Source: Hydrolagus affinis (Eukaryota). From it: a stretch of 64,000 nt of DNA. Positions 48,975 through 62,759 of this stretch are shown here, in pieces. Within the stretch, counting starts at the first letter, position 1. Every line of letters starts with the position of its first letter. Position numbers and translations under genes: made by a program. The stretch spans positions 1-64,000 of the forward strand of contig JAAILG010001249.1 in assembly GCA_012026655.1 (NCBI GenBank), read 5' to 3'. The notes beneath the pieces are model-generated. The model saw nothing but the letters and a program-made list of their open reading frames with translations, did no database searches and was not told where the DNA came from.

Positions 48975-50974
48975 TCTCAATGTAAATTGCGTAGCCGTGT
49001 ATTGTTATCACAGGTTTCGAATGACTGGCGACTCGAGGGGAGGGAATGTGATGCTGCGGACGGGAGAGAATGGGTTGAGATGAGCCCGCGTGTTTTTGCC
49101 TCGGGCTGCTGCCACTCATAATGTCCCCCTGCTCCTCACTGGGCCTTTCATTTTCCCACATTGCTCTGCCTTTCATTGCCGTTCATCTGGGAGAAACCTG
49201 CACCTGCCAATCACCCATTGAACAAAGGGAAGTGCTTGGGGGGGGGTGGCGTTAATTAAGAAACGAGTAAAGCTCTGCAAGTTTTGCTTAAAGCATTCCT
49301 TGCGCAAATTTAGGCCAGGTAGGTAGGTGTTTCCCTCTCCTCCTCCCACCACCCCCACCCCTCCACCTTGAGGGATGCACCCTGCTTACATAATTCTCGA
49401 GAGTATTAGGCACTGGTAGGCAAGAGCCAAGGTTTGGAGATCACAGAGTATGCGTTGGGGGTAACTGCTGGAGTCTATTCAGCTAAAACCACATAACTTG
49501 CCATTGAAATCACTGTCTGGTAAGCTTCCCATTGCTTGCCCGACACAGACTGTACTACCTGTTAAGGCTTTGGCTTGCAGGGTTAACAGGAACTGATAGG
49601 AAGATTCCCAGTGACTCCCAAGTCTCTCCAATTTCTGCTTGTACCTTCTCAACCTATTTTCTCTTGACTTTTCTCCCAGTAACCTTGCAATGCTAAACGG
49701 ATGACCTGCAACATTTCCTTGCAGATCAAGGCCTGCCAAAGTGTTTCTTCCCTATCAAAAGGCAGGGGCTGTGTGTGTACATATCTATCGCAAGCAATGT
49801 TTTCTCAGTCAAACACTTCAACCAAACTGGCAAAGGACATTCTTTCTGCAGCTTATTTGTTTTCCAAAACCTTTCATTCATTCTCACTTTGTATGGTTTC
49901 CCTTCCTGGCTGCATTCTTAAATGGGAAGTGGCGGTCCGATTGAAATGCTCTGTATCCCTGAACTTTAACTAGGAAGCAATCATTTAAAAAAACATTTTA
50001 TTGCAAAGCGCAAATTGGCTGCCACGTGTTTGTTTGTGGCTGCCCACAGTACACAGTCAATTCACTTTGCAGCACGTTACGTGAAGCGCTTCGAGATGTT
50101 CTCGATCATGTGATAACGCACTGTATCAAATGCAAGGATTATTATTCTTATAAACCTTTGCAGCAAATTTGCAGCAATTTCCCCGGAAATGTTTCACGTC
50201 ATTTACTTGACGTGACATCCAGTGAATTATGGCGTGTTCCGTGGGCTAAAATTTCCATTACGCTGAACAGGATTCCTCACCTAATCAAAAGGAAACCGGC
50301 CTAGATGCCAGAGGTACTACGGTAACTTTGCTCCCACACAATGTGGGCAGTTTCTCAAAGTGTCCAGGCAACAATCCTCCAGGCAAGATTAGTTATTCAC
50401 GTCATGGCTAGGCGTGGGCCACCGGCCACTAGATTCGCTTGCAAAATACGCACTCACTACACTTTCCAGAAGCGTCTGTGGTCACGTTCAACCTCTGTAT
50501 GTGCTAAGAATCGTTATCGAATGATTATTTCGTAAGGAGTCCGATTAAGAAATATCGCAGGTTAAACCCTATTGCATCAAACGTTGCGAATTCTTAACCC
50601 CCCCCAAAACCCCTCAGATGAAACTTCGGAATCTTAGCTACTCTTTAGACTCACCTGAACGTTAAGATTTGGGATCAGTTCAGGCTTTGGGTGACACTCA
50701 CTGGCCAGTCAGTGGAAGTGCAGTAACTGGGAAATGAGCACCAGGAGAATAAAATAATAACAGTAATTAAAAATCACAATATGAATGACCTTGCATTTGA
50801 TATACTGTAACGCTCTTTTACATCATCAGGGTTTCACAAAGCAAGGTTCTAAAGCACAGGCATGAAGTGAATGACTCAATTTTTTACTGGGGTGATAATT
50901 GGCTAGGACACTGGGAGAAACTCTCTTTTCCTTTTGGAGTGTCGGCTTAGACTATATGTTATAATAATAATGTT

Positions 50975-51288
50975 ATAATAATAATAATAATCCTTGCATT
51001 TGTTATAGCGCTTTTCACGTCTTCTAGACATCTCAAAGCGCTTCACAGAATATACTGTAAAGTGAATAGACTGTATATTTGTTGGCGAAACGCAGCAGCC
51101 AATTGTGCACAGCAGCGTCCCCACAAACAGTCGTGGATTGAAATGACTAATTTTTTTTGGAGTGATTATTATCAGGCTTGTGCCTGGAGTAAGGAAACTT
51201 GCCCAAGGTTTCGCCCTGACCTACCTGGAATTGAACCCATGTCTCCTGCTTGTAAGACGAACACTCTAATCACTGAGTTACAGGACTA
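50975..51288 (-). mobile_element. Full-length tRNA-derived SINE
   Basis: Reverse complement of the complete head, body and (ATT)n tail. Confidence 0.92.
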
Positions 51289-52309
51289 CTTTAATATAGG
51301 GTGTCTCAGGGAGCTACGCCGGTTTTGACTGTGAAGTGTAGTGACTGTGGCATTTGTAGGTGGCTCATGTTGTTCAAAGTCCCAACCTGGGGTGGGGCTT
51401 GAACCCACATCCTTCTGACTCGGAGGCGAGTAAGCATGACCGACCGGGCAAGTTGAGAAATACAAGTTGATCCGAACTATCACAGAGCAAAGTTGAAAAT
51501 GTTGGGACTGAGATGAGAGCGTAAGAATGTAAGAAATGCTAGAGAAAAAACAGACCGAGGTCCATCTAGTTGGCCTTCCACCTTCCTCCCGGTTGTACGC
51601 TTCTACGGCGCCAAACTGCCTATGCACTGTATCTCATAATCTTCTTTCCCAAAAGAAAAGTTTCCAATATCTGCGGTTGACTACAGACTGACCACATCCA
51701 ACTCTGTCTGTCCCAAAGGAAACGTTTGAAGCGCAGACAACATGGAAACTCCAAGAGGCCGACCCAGGCTCAGAAAATTATACTCAGCGGAGACCAAGCG
51801 AACGGTACATCTCAGAGCCCGAAAAGCAAAGGAACTGTCTTGATGCATCAGTGGCCACTCTGAGTGCGGTAGCTCTTATTGTATCTGAAGTCCTTGCTGC
51901 ACTGCCTGGCCTCCACATCGCTAATGATGCTTTGCGATATTTCTACAGCCCTTCTCTGCGTTAAAGGTGCGTCTCTCTTTCCTTCCCCCACCCACCCCCT
52001 ACTCCACCCCTCGTTTATCTAAGACATGCTTTTATTTCTTTCCTCTGCGTTAAAGTTCATGTTTTTGGCAAGTGAAAAAGTTCATTTGGGTGATTTTTTT
52101 GGTGTGTGTGTAGAGACGAAGAAGAAGAGGGGGGAAAAAAAGGGCTTTGCTCATCAAAGCCAAGCTTTCTAAAGAATTTTCCAACAACTGAGCTGGCAGA
52201 TTTCCTCTTGGCCCTCTCTTTAATGTCATCTTGTTTCCCCATCACCCCAGCCGCTATGCTCCTGCGAGAATTCTATTCAAGAAGCTCTCGGTTTAACTGC
52301 GGACTACTT

Positions 52310-52623
52310 GGAGTCCTGTAGCTCAGTGGTTATAGCACCCACCTCACAGGCGAGAGACCTGGGTTCGATTCCCGGCAAGTCAGGATGAATCCTTGGGCAA
52401 GTTTCCTTACTCCACACACGCACGCCTGATAATAATCCCTCAAACAATAATAAATTGGTCATTTCAATCCATGACTGTTTGTGGGACACGGCTGTGCGCA
52501 ATTGGCTGTCGCGTTTCGCCCACAAATATACCGTCAATTTCAATTTCCAGTATATTCTGTGAAGTGCTTTGAGACGTCTAGAAGACGTGAAAAGCGCTTT
52601 ATCAAATGCAAGGATTATTATTA
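52310..52623 (+). mobile_element. Full-length tRNA-derived SINE (best-preserved copy; >30 related fragments in the window)
   Basis: A box TAGCTCAGTGG 52319-52329, B box GGTTCGATTCC 52362-52372, a tRNA(Ala)-like head, the DeuSINE-type 3' block (ctgtgcgcaattggctg..), an L2-like tail stem-loop and (ATT)n. Confidence 0.95.
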
Positions 52624-52919
52624 GTGGTGATTTTTCTTCTTCCCACCCTGCCTCCCCGTCTTAGCCACAGTCTCCCCACCTGCCAAAGGGAATCTTCTGT
52701 GGGGGACATCGACTTGAAGAAATCTCTCTCCAGCACATTTCACGCATCAAATTGTCCGACAGAACACAGAGTCACCACACTTTACAGTACATACAGTACA
52801 CGGCATTTTGCAACACGAAAACGGAAGGGTTATTATCATTGCATCCGTGAAGCATTTGGAGTTCGTACTCCTGACGCAAAACGTGCTGTGTAACGAACAT
52901 AACGAAACGTTGGGGTTAA

Positions 52920-53075
52920 GTAATGACTTGAAGAGGTCGCCAGGAAGGATGGTTGAAGCCAGAACCTATTTTAAACACCAGTTTGATGTTGCAATGGAAG
53001 AATGGAAGGCTGGGTATTCTGGAACGATGAGATCAGATGGGCCTGAGGCCTCCTTCGTCTGAACTGATCTTGTGC
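52920..53075 (+). mobile_element. CR1-type LINE 3' end, degraded (similar copies at ~37115-37325 + and ~60970-61140 -)
   Basis: gccaggaaggatggttgaagc..cagtttgatg..gatgagatcagatgggcc..ccttcgtctgaactgatcttgt; the three copies share this 3' block. Confidence 0.6.
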
Positions 53076-54574
53076 CTAAATATTCCAAGACTTGCAACAT
53101 GCTGAAGTCCCTGGTCAGACCATTTCTCTGTCGCTCTGTCAGTCCTGTCGACGACTGGTTTGATGAGTTTGAAGGTAAAACTGCAAGCCAGGAGTTAACT
53201 GCGACCTTGTGCTCATCTGCCTCCCTGTGGGAGTACAGCGCGTGTGTTGGGTGGGCGGGTGAGTGAGTGGGTGTGTATGTCGTGGCGTGTGGGGCATGTT
53301 TCACATGTAGACGTGGACATGGGCGCTTCTGGAGCAAAGGCAATTAAAACACATGTCACTTTGCAATTATAAGACAATGTAGACGGAGAGGCCATCTCAA
53401 TGCATGGAACAATTCTGGCTGGGCGCTGGAAACTGAGAAATCAGATACTCAATAAATCAATTCATGTTGAAGCAGGGAGGGAGGCAGGGAGGGTGAGTTC
53501 AAATGAAGCATCAAATGATATTGCAATCATACTTTTTCTTGGACAAATGACTCTGTTTCCCAGGCTCGCTCCCGATTCTTCTCTTATTGCTTGGGAGCAT
53601 TTTGGACCAATATTCGGGCATTTCATCGACAATACCATCAACATGTCAAGCGACTGCCAGGATGACGGCAGAGGAACGGGATGGACGTTGGTCATCTTAT
53701 GCTCAGTTGGGCAGCCCTACGCTCCCTTTAAAACACTGTTTTTGTCGAACACGGCAAGATCCTTGCATTCGACACCATGACCGAGTGTCAAATCCTCTCA
53801 CCCACCCCCAAAAAAATGTGCTTTGCAGAGATTCGGGGGGAGAGGAGAGTGGGGGGGGAGCGGGTTTTAGAGGGAAGTACCAGAGTCAAGAGAACATGGA
53901 TTGAGGTAAAGAGAGGCCAATCTACTGTAGGAAGGTAGTGTAAGACAAAGGATAAGCTCTCGCTGAGATAAATACAAAGCCTTTTCAAAAACAATATTTG
54001 GGCTCCTGTTCAATGCCAAAACCCCGTGTAATGTGTTCGCTGGCCTCACAAGCTTTCAATTTGAGTAAAAATAGAAGCTATATTTGGCCGGGGAGAGAGA
54101 AGTCAAAGGAAAACAGAGGGAATAGGGGTCTAACACAGGAGGAACTGACGGTCTGCTGCAGCTTGTATCGCTCTTATTCATAAACAACGTTCCATTTGAA
54201 ATGCCTGTCATTTCTCTCTGTTGAGTCTAAAGGGCAAAGGTAATAGAAGTCCAAACAGTATTACATTGATGAAGCATCTGGGGCTAGTCAGCTTATTACT
54301 CAATGCTGCAATTTGTCAATAAAATGTAACGTAGCTTTTGTGCCCAGGCTGGAGAGACCGAGGAGTTTGGGGCGCAAACTTGCTGAAGGCCTTCGCACGC
54401 CGCAGGACACGAGTGTGGCAATTTGGCTGCAGCGAGCGTGCAAAGGCCGGGCACTCTTTTCGAGCCCGCTGATGCCGGTGATAAGACGGACGCATTTAGA
54501 TACAGGCTGCCTGCGGTGACTGCAATGCTGGTGTCCGTGGGTTCGTTGGTGTCAGGATTTGCTGTTATCATGGA

Positions 54575-54922
54575 GTGGAGTCCTGCAGCCTCGGTGGTTG
54601 GAGCACTCGTCTTGCAATGGGAGAGACCCGGGTTCGATATCAGGCAGGGCGAAACCTTGGACAAGTTTCTTTACTCCACGCACCTAATAATAATCCCATC
54701 CTGTCCCCCCCCACCACCCCCCCCCCCCCCCCGGCAACAAAAATTGTTCATTTCAATCCACGAGCGTTTGTGGGACGCTGCTTTGTGCGCGACTGGCTGC
54801 CGCGTTTCGCCCACAAAATGTACAGTCAAATTCACTTTACAGTATATTCTGTGAAGCGCTTTGAGACATCTAGAAGACGTGAAAAGCACTCTATCAAACG
54901 CAACGATTATGATTATTATAAT
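54575..54922 (+). mobile_element. Full-length tRNA-derived SINE with a poly-C expansion
   Basis: gtggagtcctgcagc head, gggttcgatatc B box, body and tail. Confidence 0.92.
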
Positions 54923-55084
54923 CTTTGCATTTGGTGTCAAGTCACGAGACTCCTCAAAGCGGCCGACAGGATATACAGTACTGTAAAGTACAGTGACTGT
55001 GTATTTTAGGCTGACAGACTGAACGCCCCCATTCAGTTAGCAGAGAGACCTTTGCAAATGACCAGTCAATCAACATCCCACCCT

Positions 55085-55375
55085 AGCATCAAGCTTGTCT
55101 TTTAAACGACTCCCACAGCATCCTGGCCTCAACCACCTTTCCTGGCAACCTTTCCCACTCATTTATTACATGCTGGGTTGGTTCAAAATTTTTTTTTGTG
55201 ACTTTCCTGAAATTGCCCATTGCAACTTGAAAACCCCTCGTCCTCTGTTCTCCTACCTGGTGCATCCTAAAGTATCGTTCTGGGTTTACTTTTTCAATCC
55301 CGTTTAATATCCTATACACCTGTATGAGGTCCTCTCTGAGATGTGTCTCACCACTAAAGAGCCCTAGCTTGTCTG
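55085..55375 (-). mobile_element. CR1 LINE ORF2 C-terminal fragment
   Basis: ORF 55089..55610 contains KLGLFS..LREDLIQVYRILNGIEKVNPERYF..RTRG..VINEWERLPGKVVEA. Confidence 0.85.
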
Positions 55376-56158
55376 ATCGTTTGATCATCCTCGTTGCTCT
55401 CCCCTGCCCTGACTCTAAGGCTTGGCCTCGTGTCGCGGTGAAATGAAGCTGCACGCACTCGAGTCTTGTGTAAAATCCCATTGCATCAATGTGACACACG
55501 CAAGGTTGCGACGTAAAAGTTTGCCTTACACCAAAGCACAGCCACAAAGAGACGATTCGCGAACTTTCCTGCTTCAAGAGCCGTCCCGGCCTGCAGACCC
55601 TCTCAGACAAAATTTGGGACTGTCACATCATGGCAGTTGATTCCGACGTTGCTGTGGGCAGATAGACAGCTGAGTTCGCCCTCCAAAAAAAACACGGTTA
55701 CTACACCTTGCGGTAAACGTCCTGTGAAGCTGCTTGCGAGGTCTGTGTCCCGCAGTGCGGCGCGAATACCCCCTTGAAGCGCTTTGACCCATGTCCTCGC
55801 CACGTGCAAGACAACGAAAGAAATGCAGCGATCAAATAGGACGATGAGTTATTTTTATTGGTATTATTATTATCATCATCATCATTACTATAGTGACGGA
55901 CAATGGAAGAGATTACAGATGATGATAGAGCAGCCCTGGAAACAAGAGTTGCGATCGCAGGGAAAGTGCCAAACGCCCGAGTTTCCTGTTCCCATCTGGA
56001 CTGCACAGTGGGCAAGTTTAGTCATCACATAGCAGATTGTTGGGACTGGTGCTGCCTCACATTAGTGTGAAACAAAACGGCTGTGACCACAGACCACAGA
56101 CTCTCTTTCTCAACACTTCATTTATCTAACAGCTTTTCCCTTCCAGGCGGGATGCCCG

Positions 56159-56194
<36 letters not shown>

Positions 56195-56653
56195 TACACA
56201 CACACACAAAACACACCGCCCTCCCTCCCTCCCCTCCCTTTGATGAAACGTCCTCTCATCCCATGCACGCAGGCCATTTGAAATGCTCGAGGTTTAACGT
56301 TTGGATGTGTGAGATACACAGAGCATATTGGAGAGCGCTGCTCCCTGAAAAAGAAAGACTGGAGGACGTACTTAAGAAACTAGCGTCACTTTGGGCAACG
56401 CTCACTCACCCTGGCTCTCATTCCTGTCGGAAGAATCTTTTACCCTGTTGCCTGTCAAACAAACAAGCAATGCGCTGACTGCAAAGTGAAGCTGGTGGCC
56501 ACTCCAGTTGAGAAGTGTCCTTAAAAGCTATCTATCCCTCATAAAATAACATTCAATTATTGAACACTTAAGCCCTCGTCCTCACTCTGATTGCAGTTAA
56601 AAGATTTTCCACGCCGCTGGCATTACCCGCAGCCCGCGGGTGTTGCCATGGCA

Positions 56654-56753
56654 NNNNNNNNNNNNNNNNNNNNNNNNNNNNNNNNNNNNNNNNNNNNNNN
56701 NNNNNNNNNNNNNNNNNNNNNNNNNNNNNNNNNNNNNNNNNNNNNNNNNNNNN
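56654..56753. other. Assembly gap (100 N)
   Basis: Run of N. Confidence 1.
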
Positions 56754-56774
56754 GTGCAGACACACAAGAGTAGA

Positions 56775-57112
56775 GGGATGTGGGTTACAAGCTTTGAACT
56801 CATTGTCTGGACTGGCATTCCAGTCCAGTGCTGGGGAGAGCAGTGCATTTGCAGAGGTGTCATCCTTCAGATGAGATGTTATAAAGCGAGGTCCCATCAA
56901 CCTGTTCAGGTGGATGTAAAAGATCCTGAAAGAGAGGGTAATTTCTCCTGGTGCTTGGCCAATAATTCCCTCCCTGCCCCCCACACAAAAATCTGTTACT
57001 CAATTCATGGTTGTCTGTGGGACTTTGCTGTGAGAAAATTGGCGTGTTTGCCCACAAAGTACACAGTCATTATTACACTGTGTAGCATTTCCTGTGAAGC
57101 GCATTGAGACGC
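56775..57112 (+). mobile_element. Deu-domain SINE (SacSINE1/AmnSINE1-like)
   Basis: ccagtccagtgctggggagag..gaggtgtcatccttcagatgagatgtt..ttcaggtggatgtaaaagatcc..ttctcctggtgcttggccaata. Confidence 0.8.
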
Positions 57113-60100
57113 CCTCCTGATGCAACCATTATTATGAACTCAAGAGTTGAATCCGATGGTGTCCAAATTGGGCCTTTGACCAGTTATTCTGAATCTCTTG
57201 GGTGTTTGTGAAATTTTCCTCCTGAACTTCGGTTAAAACGGGCTCGTGTTCACATTTGTCAGTTCAATTGTAAAGGGCACCCAAAAATATGACATCACGT
57301 CTGACCCCTACAAGCAACAGTTACTTTGCCCAAAAAGTAGGGGTGGGGGGGGGGGAGGGGGTGGGCATTATTTTGGCAGAAATAGGAGGAAAGGTCAAGG
57401 TTAATGGAAAGCAGTCTATTGTAGATAGAGCATCAGACAAAAAAACATACAAGAATATACAATCACTAAAATCACTGGTCAGAAATGCAGTATTAACACC
57501 GCAGCTCTCATCAGATCCTTTTATTTTAACCCCAAAGTAGTCCTCTGCTTTGGCAAGTGTCGGCACCACAGCTGGAGCTAATTCGTTCCCAAAACAGAGC
57601 CGATCGGTCCGTTTTGCTTTGCTCCGAGACGCTGCCCAAGGCGAAAGGCCGCTATATAAATAAATGCGAGTAGTTGTAGTTGTCGGTTTGTTTCCCCCTG
57701 TGAGTGCGAGCCAAAGTGTTGGAACACAGAAGAAAGTGTGTGGAACAAAGAGAGGCTTCCAACCCAGCCGCGTTTAAACTGCATCTCATCTTCTGACAGT
57801 TGTAAAAGTGAACAGAGATGCTGCAATGGCGTAATTAATCCCTTTCGGTTGAAGCTGCCAAGAGTTCTTTCTGTCGTTGTTTCGCTTTGTTTTATTTTAT
57901 TTTATGTTATGATTAAATGCCTTTTCCATCAATCAACGGCATAATTTTTTTTTGTTGTGGGGTAGTGGGTGGGGGTGAGTTGCTGTATCGATTCCCACCA
58001 TTTTCACCGTCACAGTGGCCAAAGTAACTCAGGTGTTTACAAACACATCCTCCCCAACGGTGCCCAGGATCAATGTTTTATGAATGGTTCTGTGCGTGGG
58101 ATTTGATCTGGTAGATGGATCACCAGCTCTCTCTCTCTCTCTCTCTTCCCACGGCGTGTATAATATGGTACATCTTAACACACAGAGAAGAGTCTGGCTC
58201 TGGTCTTTAAGACGTCTGTCCAATGCAAACTTGCAGAAATGATTTGAAACAGCTTCAGCTGGCTCAAAATGACATTTGCCCTCCATAAATCATTGGGATT
58301 TATAGAGGACGGGTCTATTACTGCTTGCGTAATTCTACTCTACGCAGAACAACATGCACGCAAAGTAGATAGGCAGGCGACTTTAAGTGCCTGGAATGGT
58401 TGCAACATGGAGCTCCAGCGTTTGGTCTGAGAAGGCTGAATGGCCCTTCTCTCTGCGCCGTAAATTTATTCAGGGTCTGCGAGCAAAAGAGATACTGGCC
58501 GGCCAAGTGCCAGTACCAGTGCCAGAGGCTGAGGGACTGGTTGGGTAACGAGCGGTTGAGTGGCTTAGGTAGTGAGCTTGTGAAACAGTCTACTCGTACT
58601 TGGCAAGGCACGGGAAAGCCTAATGATGGGTGGGAGGCAAGAGGGGCTGCGTGTTCGAACCCGACCTTTTGCCGTACAAATTTGGCCGCAAAATCATCTC
58701 AGCTCTGTGCGGCAAAGGAGAGAAAAGACTCTGGGGAGGAGGGGGGAGGGGGGAAGATCTCAGTGCGATAGGGGACACGCACACATCAGCTCCACATTAG
58801 GTGAGGGAAGAGGTGGTGAGTGGGTGGGTGGGTGTTCACACGAGTAGTGAGGAATTGTTCTCACTTTGAGAGACCCCTGAAAGGTGATCGACCGAATGTA
58901 AGGACTATCATCATTACATTTTGAATTCATCAAAAAATCCGACACAGGCTTACTCTGGGCAGAGACTTGTGGTGGATCATGCAGGCTGATGGTGATGGAG
59001 GAGGTGCAATAAGCCAGTTTGTGCAAAGGGTAACCTTAGAGACGCTGCCTCGGACTCGCTTGCTTTCAACAACTCGAAGCATTTCGGAGAAACAGCTGTG
59101 TTTGATGCGTTAAGAGCCAGAGCAATGACCTCCCCCACGCTGTAAAGGTTGAACAGCTAAATATCCACACATATATCACTTTCAAAAAGGCAGTACACTT
59201 CCAAAGCTAAGCCTTGATGTGCGCTGAGTCCCAAGACTCAGTCGCAATGCGTCCAAAAGAGCCAGCCTACGCTCAATGTCAGTTCGTGAACATCAGGGCT
59301 AATAGGGAACAGGCCTGCTGGAAATCCAGTAAACCTCACATCAGCCGTAGCAGTTGGGGCCACGCATTTAACATGACTTATGCAAGGTATGAGTTAGGTC
59401 AAACTTGCGTAGAATGTAACTTAGGCACAGGTACGGCTTAAGCGATTATACAATTCATACAGGTCAAGACGTGTATGTGACTATTACTCTTGGTGTCACG
59501 AGTTGGGATATGACATTTGCAAGGCTACCTTTCCTCTGGAAAACGATCCTGACCCCACACACTTTTCCTCCTCACGTTTCCACGTTGTATTCGATGGAAT
59601 CAACCTCCGCCTCGCCCAAAACACCAATATCTGTGTTGAAGTATTGTCCTGCGGAGGGATGTGCGTGGTCTGAGTGTAGAACGACTCACAGGATTTACTG
59701 TAAAGTGCAATGACTGTGTATTTGGTACCGTGTAACTGTTCGGGAAGTGCTGGGAGATATTTTGCCTTTCCAATCTAATTTTGCAATAGCTTATTTGGTC
59801 GCGTCTCCCCTGCTGATATTATTCATCCGCTGAAGCGAATACCAGCGGATTTGTATTTTTAGGAAGGTCTCTCGTGTTGCCGTTGCAATCACCGACAATA
59901 GGTTTGGAACACCACAACACTGCCAAGGTTGCAAATTCATTCCACAAGGGATTGCAGGCAGAAACCTGTCCCTATTGTACAGTGAACACAGTCCATGGCT
60001 ATGCCAACATTCTGCAGTGCCTCACCACCTGCTGAAAATGCAGTTGACAAATATATTAGCAAAAAGCCGTGCCCTGAACACAAACAAGAGTGGAGAGGTG

Positions 60101-61299
60101 GGAGAAAGGGTTGAGGCTGGAATCTTACTCCTTGCGCAGAGCGAGTTTCGAACCAGGGTTACGGCATCGTGTTGCACACAATTCTGAAACTGAGCCCTTA
60201 ACGGGGTTTAAAGTGAAGTGGACGCGGGGGGAGAAAACACAAGCGATCTGCAACACAAAATATTAAATTACGTATGAAAGGGAATGGGGAAAAGAGCAGG
60301 AGAATGGGATGGGAGTCAGGAGGTCCATTGTGGGTGTGAAAATAAGCACAGACATGACAGTGGTGGGTGGATGGGGGGGTGGGGGGAGGAATGGGGGGAT
60401 GGACGGGGTGGGGCGGGGGGGATGCTGAGGAATGGAATTTGAGTAGAGAGCTCCAGGGAGTGGGGAGCAAAAACCGGCGCAGACACAATGGGCTGGATGC
60501 TACAAGCCTCAGGAGATTGACTGATTGCGAGTAAAGGTTTCACTGACTAGTGCGGCACCCTGCATGGGTGGTGTAGGGGAGGGGGCATTCACACGCGAGG
60601 TGCTGAGTGGAGACACTCAGTCGTTTCGTTCCCCGAGGCAAGAGAGAAATAAACACCAGGAGTTATAAAACATTTCATCATTGGCTTCTTGACCTGTGGT
60701 TGGATGCTCTCCAGCTTGGTGTGGAAGGACACAAATAAAGAAGGAAGGAAGGAACTGTACTGAACACGGATGCAAACATGTAACCTCGGGAATGAGAGCT
60801 TCTCTGCAACACTGCCGATGAACAGCTCAGCGACTGCCATCAGCTGAGTCACTGGCAACTCCACAACACAGCTAGCGCTGACCCCAAGCAAACTGATTAC
60901 TCAGTGTCTCACTGTAGCTCTCAGCAAGTCAGGAGACTCAACAAACATTCGGGTAACAAAGCATGTCAGTCCTTGAACCACTCGCTGATGGTCTGGATGA
61001 AGAAGAGGACCTCTTCGTCCCCAGCTGATCGCATCCCCCCCTATACAGCCGCTTGCCCTATCGTCCTCCCTTCACAGCCCTGAGCTGCTTTAAAAATGAG
61101 TCTGAACACCCACCCTTCCTGGCGACATTTGTTAGTTGTTAATTGCCTTTCGGCAATGAAATAAATGAGATAGATTTCTGTTGGGAGAATAATATCTCGG
61201 GAGACAACATGTCGAGCGACTGCTGGGATGACGGTGGGCAAATTGGATGGGTCTTGGCTTCTTCTTTCTCCGAGCAAATTCTTACATTCTTACATCTGG

Positions 61300-61530
61300 T
61301 TCAACGTTGGTTTCTCTGCCCCCACCCCGTAGAACTCCATCCAGCCTTTGCCTCGCACCCTCCGTTGCCTCCTTCAAGGCGGGTCTCAAAGCCCTCCACT
61401 TCAAATGAGCCTATGGGCCACCCTACCCTACATTCCCTGCCCTCAGTGATCCGAATCCCCAGCTCGGGTCCAAATCCCTGACCGTCCAGCGCCTTGGGAT
61501 GTCCTCCCGTTGTGAAAGACGCTCTGCTAA
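61300..61530 (+). mobile_element. L2 LINE 3' fragment
   Basis: aactccatcc..cctccttcaagg..ccccagctcgggtcc..gtccagcgccttgggatgtcctcccg..gtgaaagacgct. Confidence 0.8.
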
Positions 61531-62759
61531 TGATATTCTGTATTGCGTTAAACCCCTCGCTGAGCTTCGTGAGTTGCTCTGAGCTACCTCGCTCCAACTT
61601 TCTGTTGTTTTTTTTTTGAGTTTGCCAAACATACTGATGTGACGCAGCCAGTTAATGTGGGATTTCACATCGGGAAGGCTAACCGCAACTTCTCAAGGTT
61701 GTTTCATGGATGGGGCAGGGGAGAAGGGGTAGGAAGGCTGTGCAAAGGGGTGTGTAAAAGAACTAATTTCCAAAGAATTGCAAAGGAAAGAATCTTTTTA
61801 CTTTCCCGGAATGTGGTTGCCTGCCATTGCCAGAAGGCATGGTTCAGGCATGAAAGCGTCAACATACTGTACAGTATAACAAACTCGATTCATAATTGAG
61901 GGCAAAAGCATTAGAGGGGATTGGGAGGGGTGGAGGGGTGATGTACTCCGAGATTTAAACTGTCTGCCTAGTCAGGTGGCTGCTAAAGTTTCCATGGCGC
62001 TGTTGGAAAAAAGAAGGGAGTTTCTTTCCCTTGATGTCCTGGCCAACAAATTCCCCAAATAAAATTGGTCATTCAATCCATGACTGTTTATGGGTTGTTG
62101 CTGTGCGCAAACCTGGTTGCCGCGATTCGCCTACAAAATAGTGGTCGACCTACTTTACAGTGTATCCTGGAAGCACTTGACATAATAATAAGAATAATTC
62201 CCTTATCACGTCTTCGAGGAGCTATTTCAAATGCAAAGAACATTGTCATTCAGATTGCGTTGCAGATTACGAGCAGTCCAGGGCTGCTGTTGCCTATATT
62301 GTACCGGTCTATGCTGTATTCAGCCCATTATCTGCCCCTATTCATAGCCACGGTTCTTCAGTTCAGAGTAGGACCCTTCAGGCCAGAAGAAGATTTCCTC
62401 CCTCTGCATCTGCAATGATCCCAGAATAGAATTCCGAGCCGAGGACAGACCTTTCTGTGGAAAATTCCTTGAGCGCCCAGCTATAGATAACCTCTCCTCT
62501 TCCCGTTTTAATGGAAGATATTCCCATACCTTCCCAGTGAGAATTGGACAGATATAGCCACACGGCACTTTCCATCTCTTAACCTAAAATTGCCAACCAG
62601 CATCAGCTGCCGACCCAAACAATCCTTTGGGTTCTATAAATGCACCAGTTTTCAGTCACAACTGTTATTTAAGTGACCGTGGTAAATTTAGAGAGGAAAC
62701 AAAAAAAGGGAGGCGGGGTGGTGCGAAGACATCAATCAGATACTCTCACCAGGAGCTGT

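Noticed and set aside
52310-52385. tRNA-like sequences with A/B boxes (also 14381, 36783, 42062, 54575)
   Set aside because: These are SINE heads: the anticodon loop varies between copies, there is no proper acceptor stem, and each continues into the SINE body.
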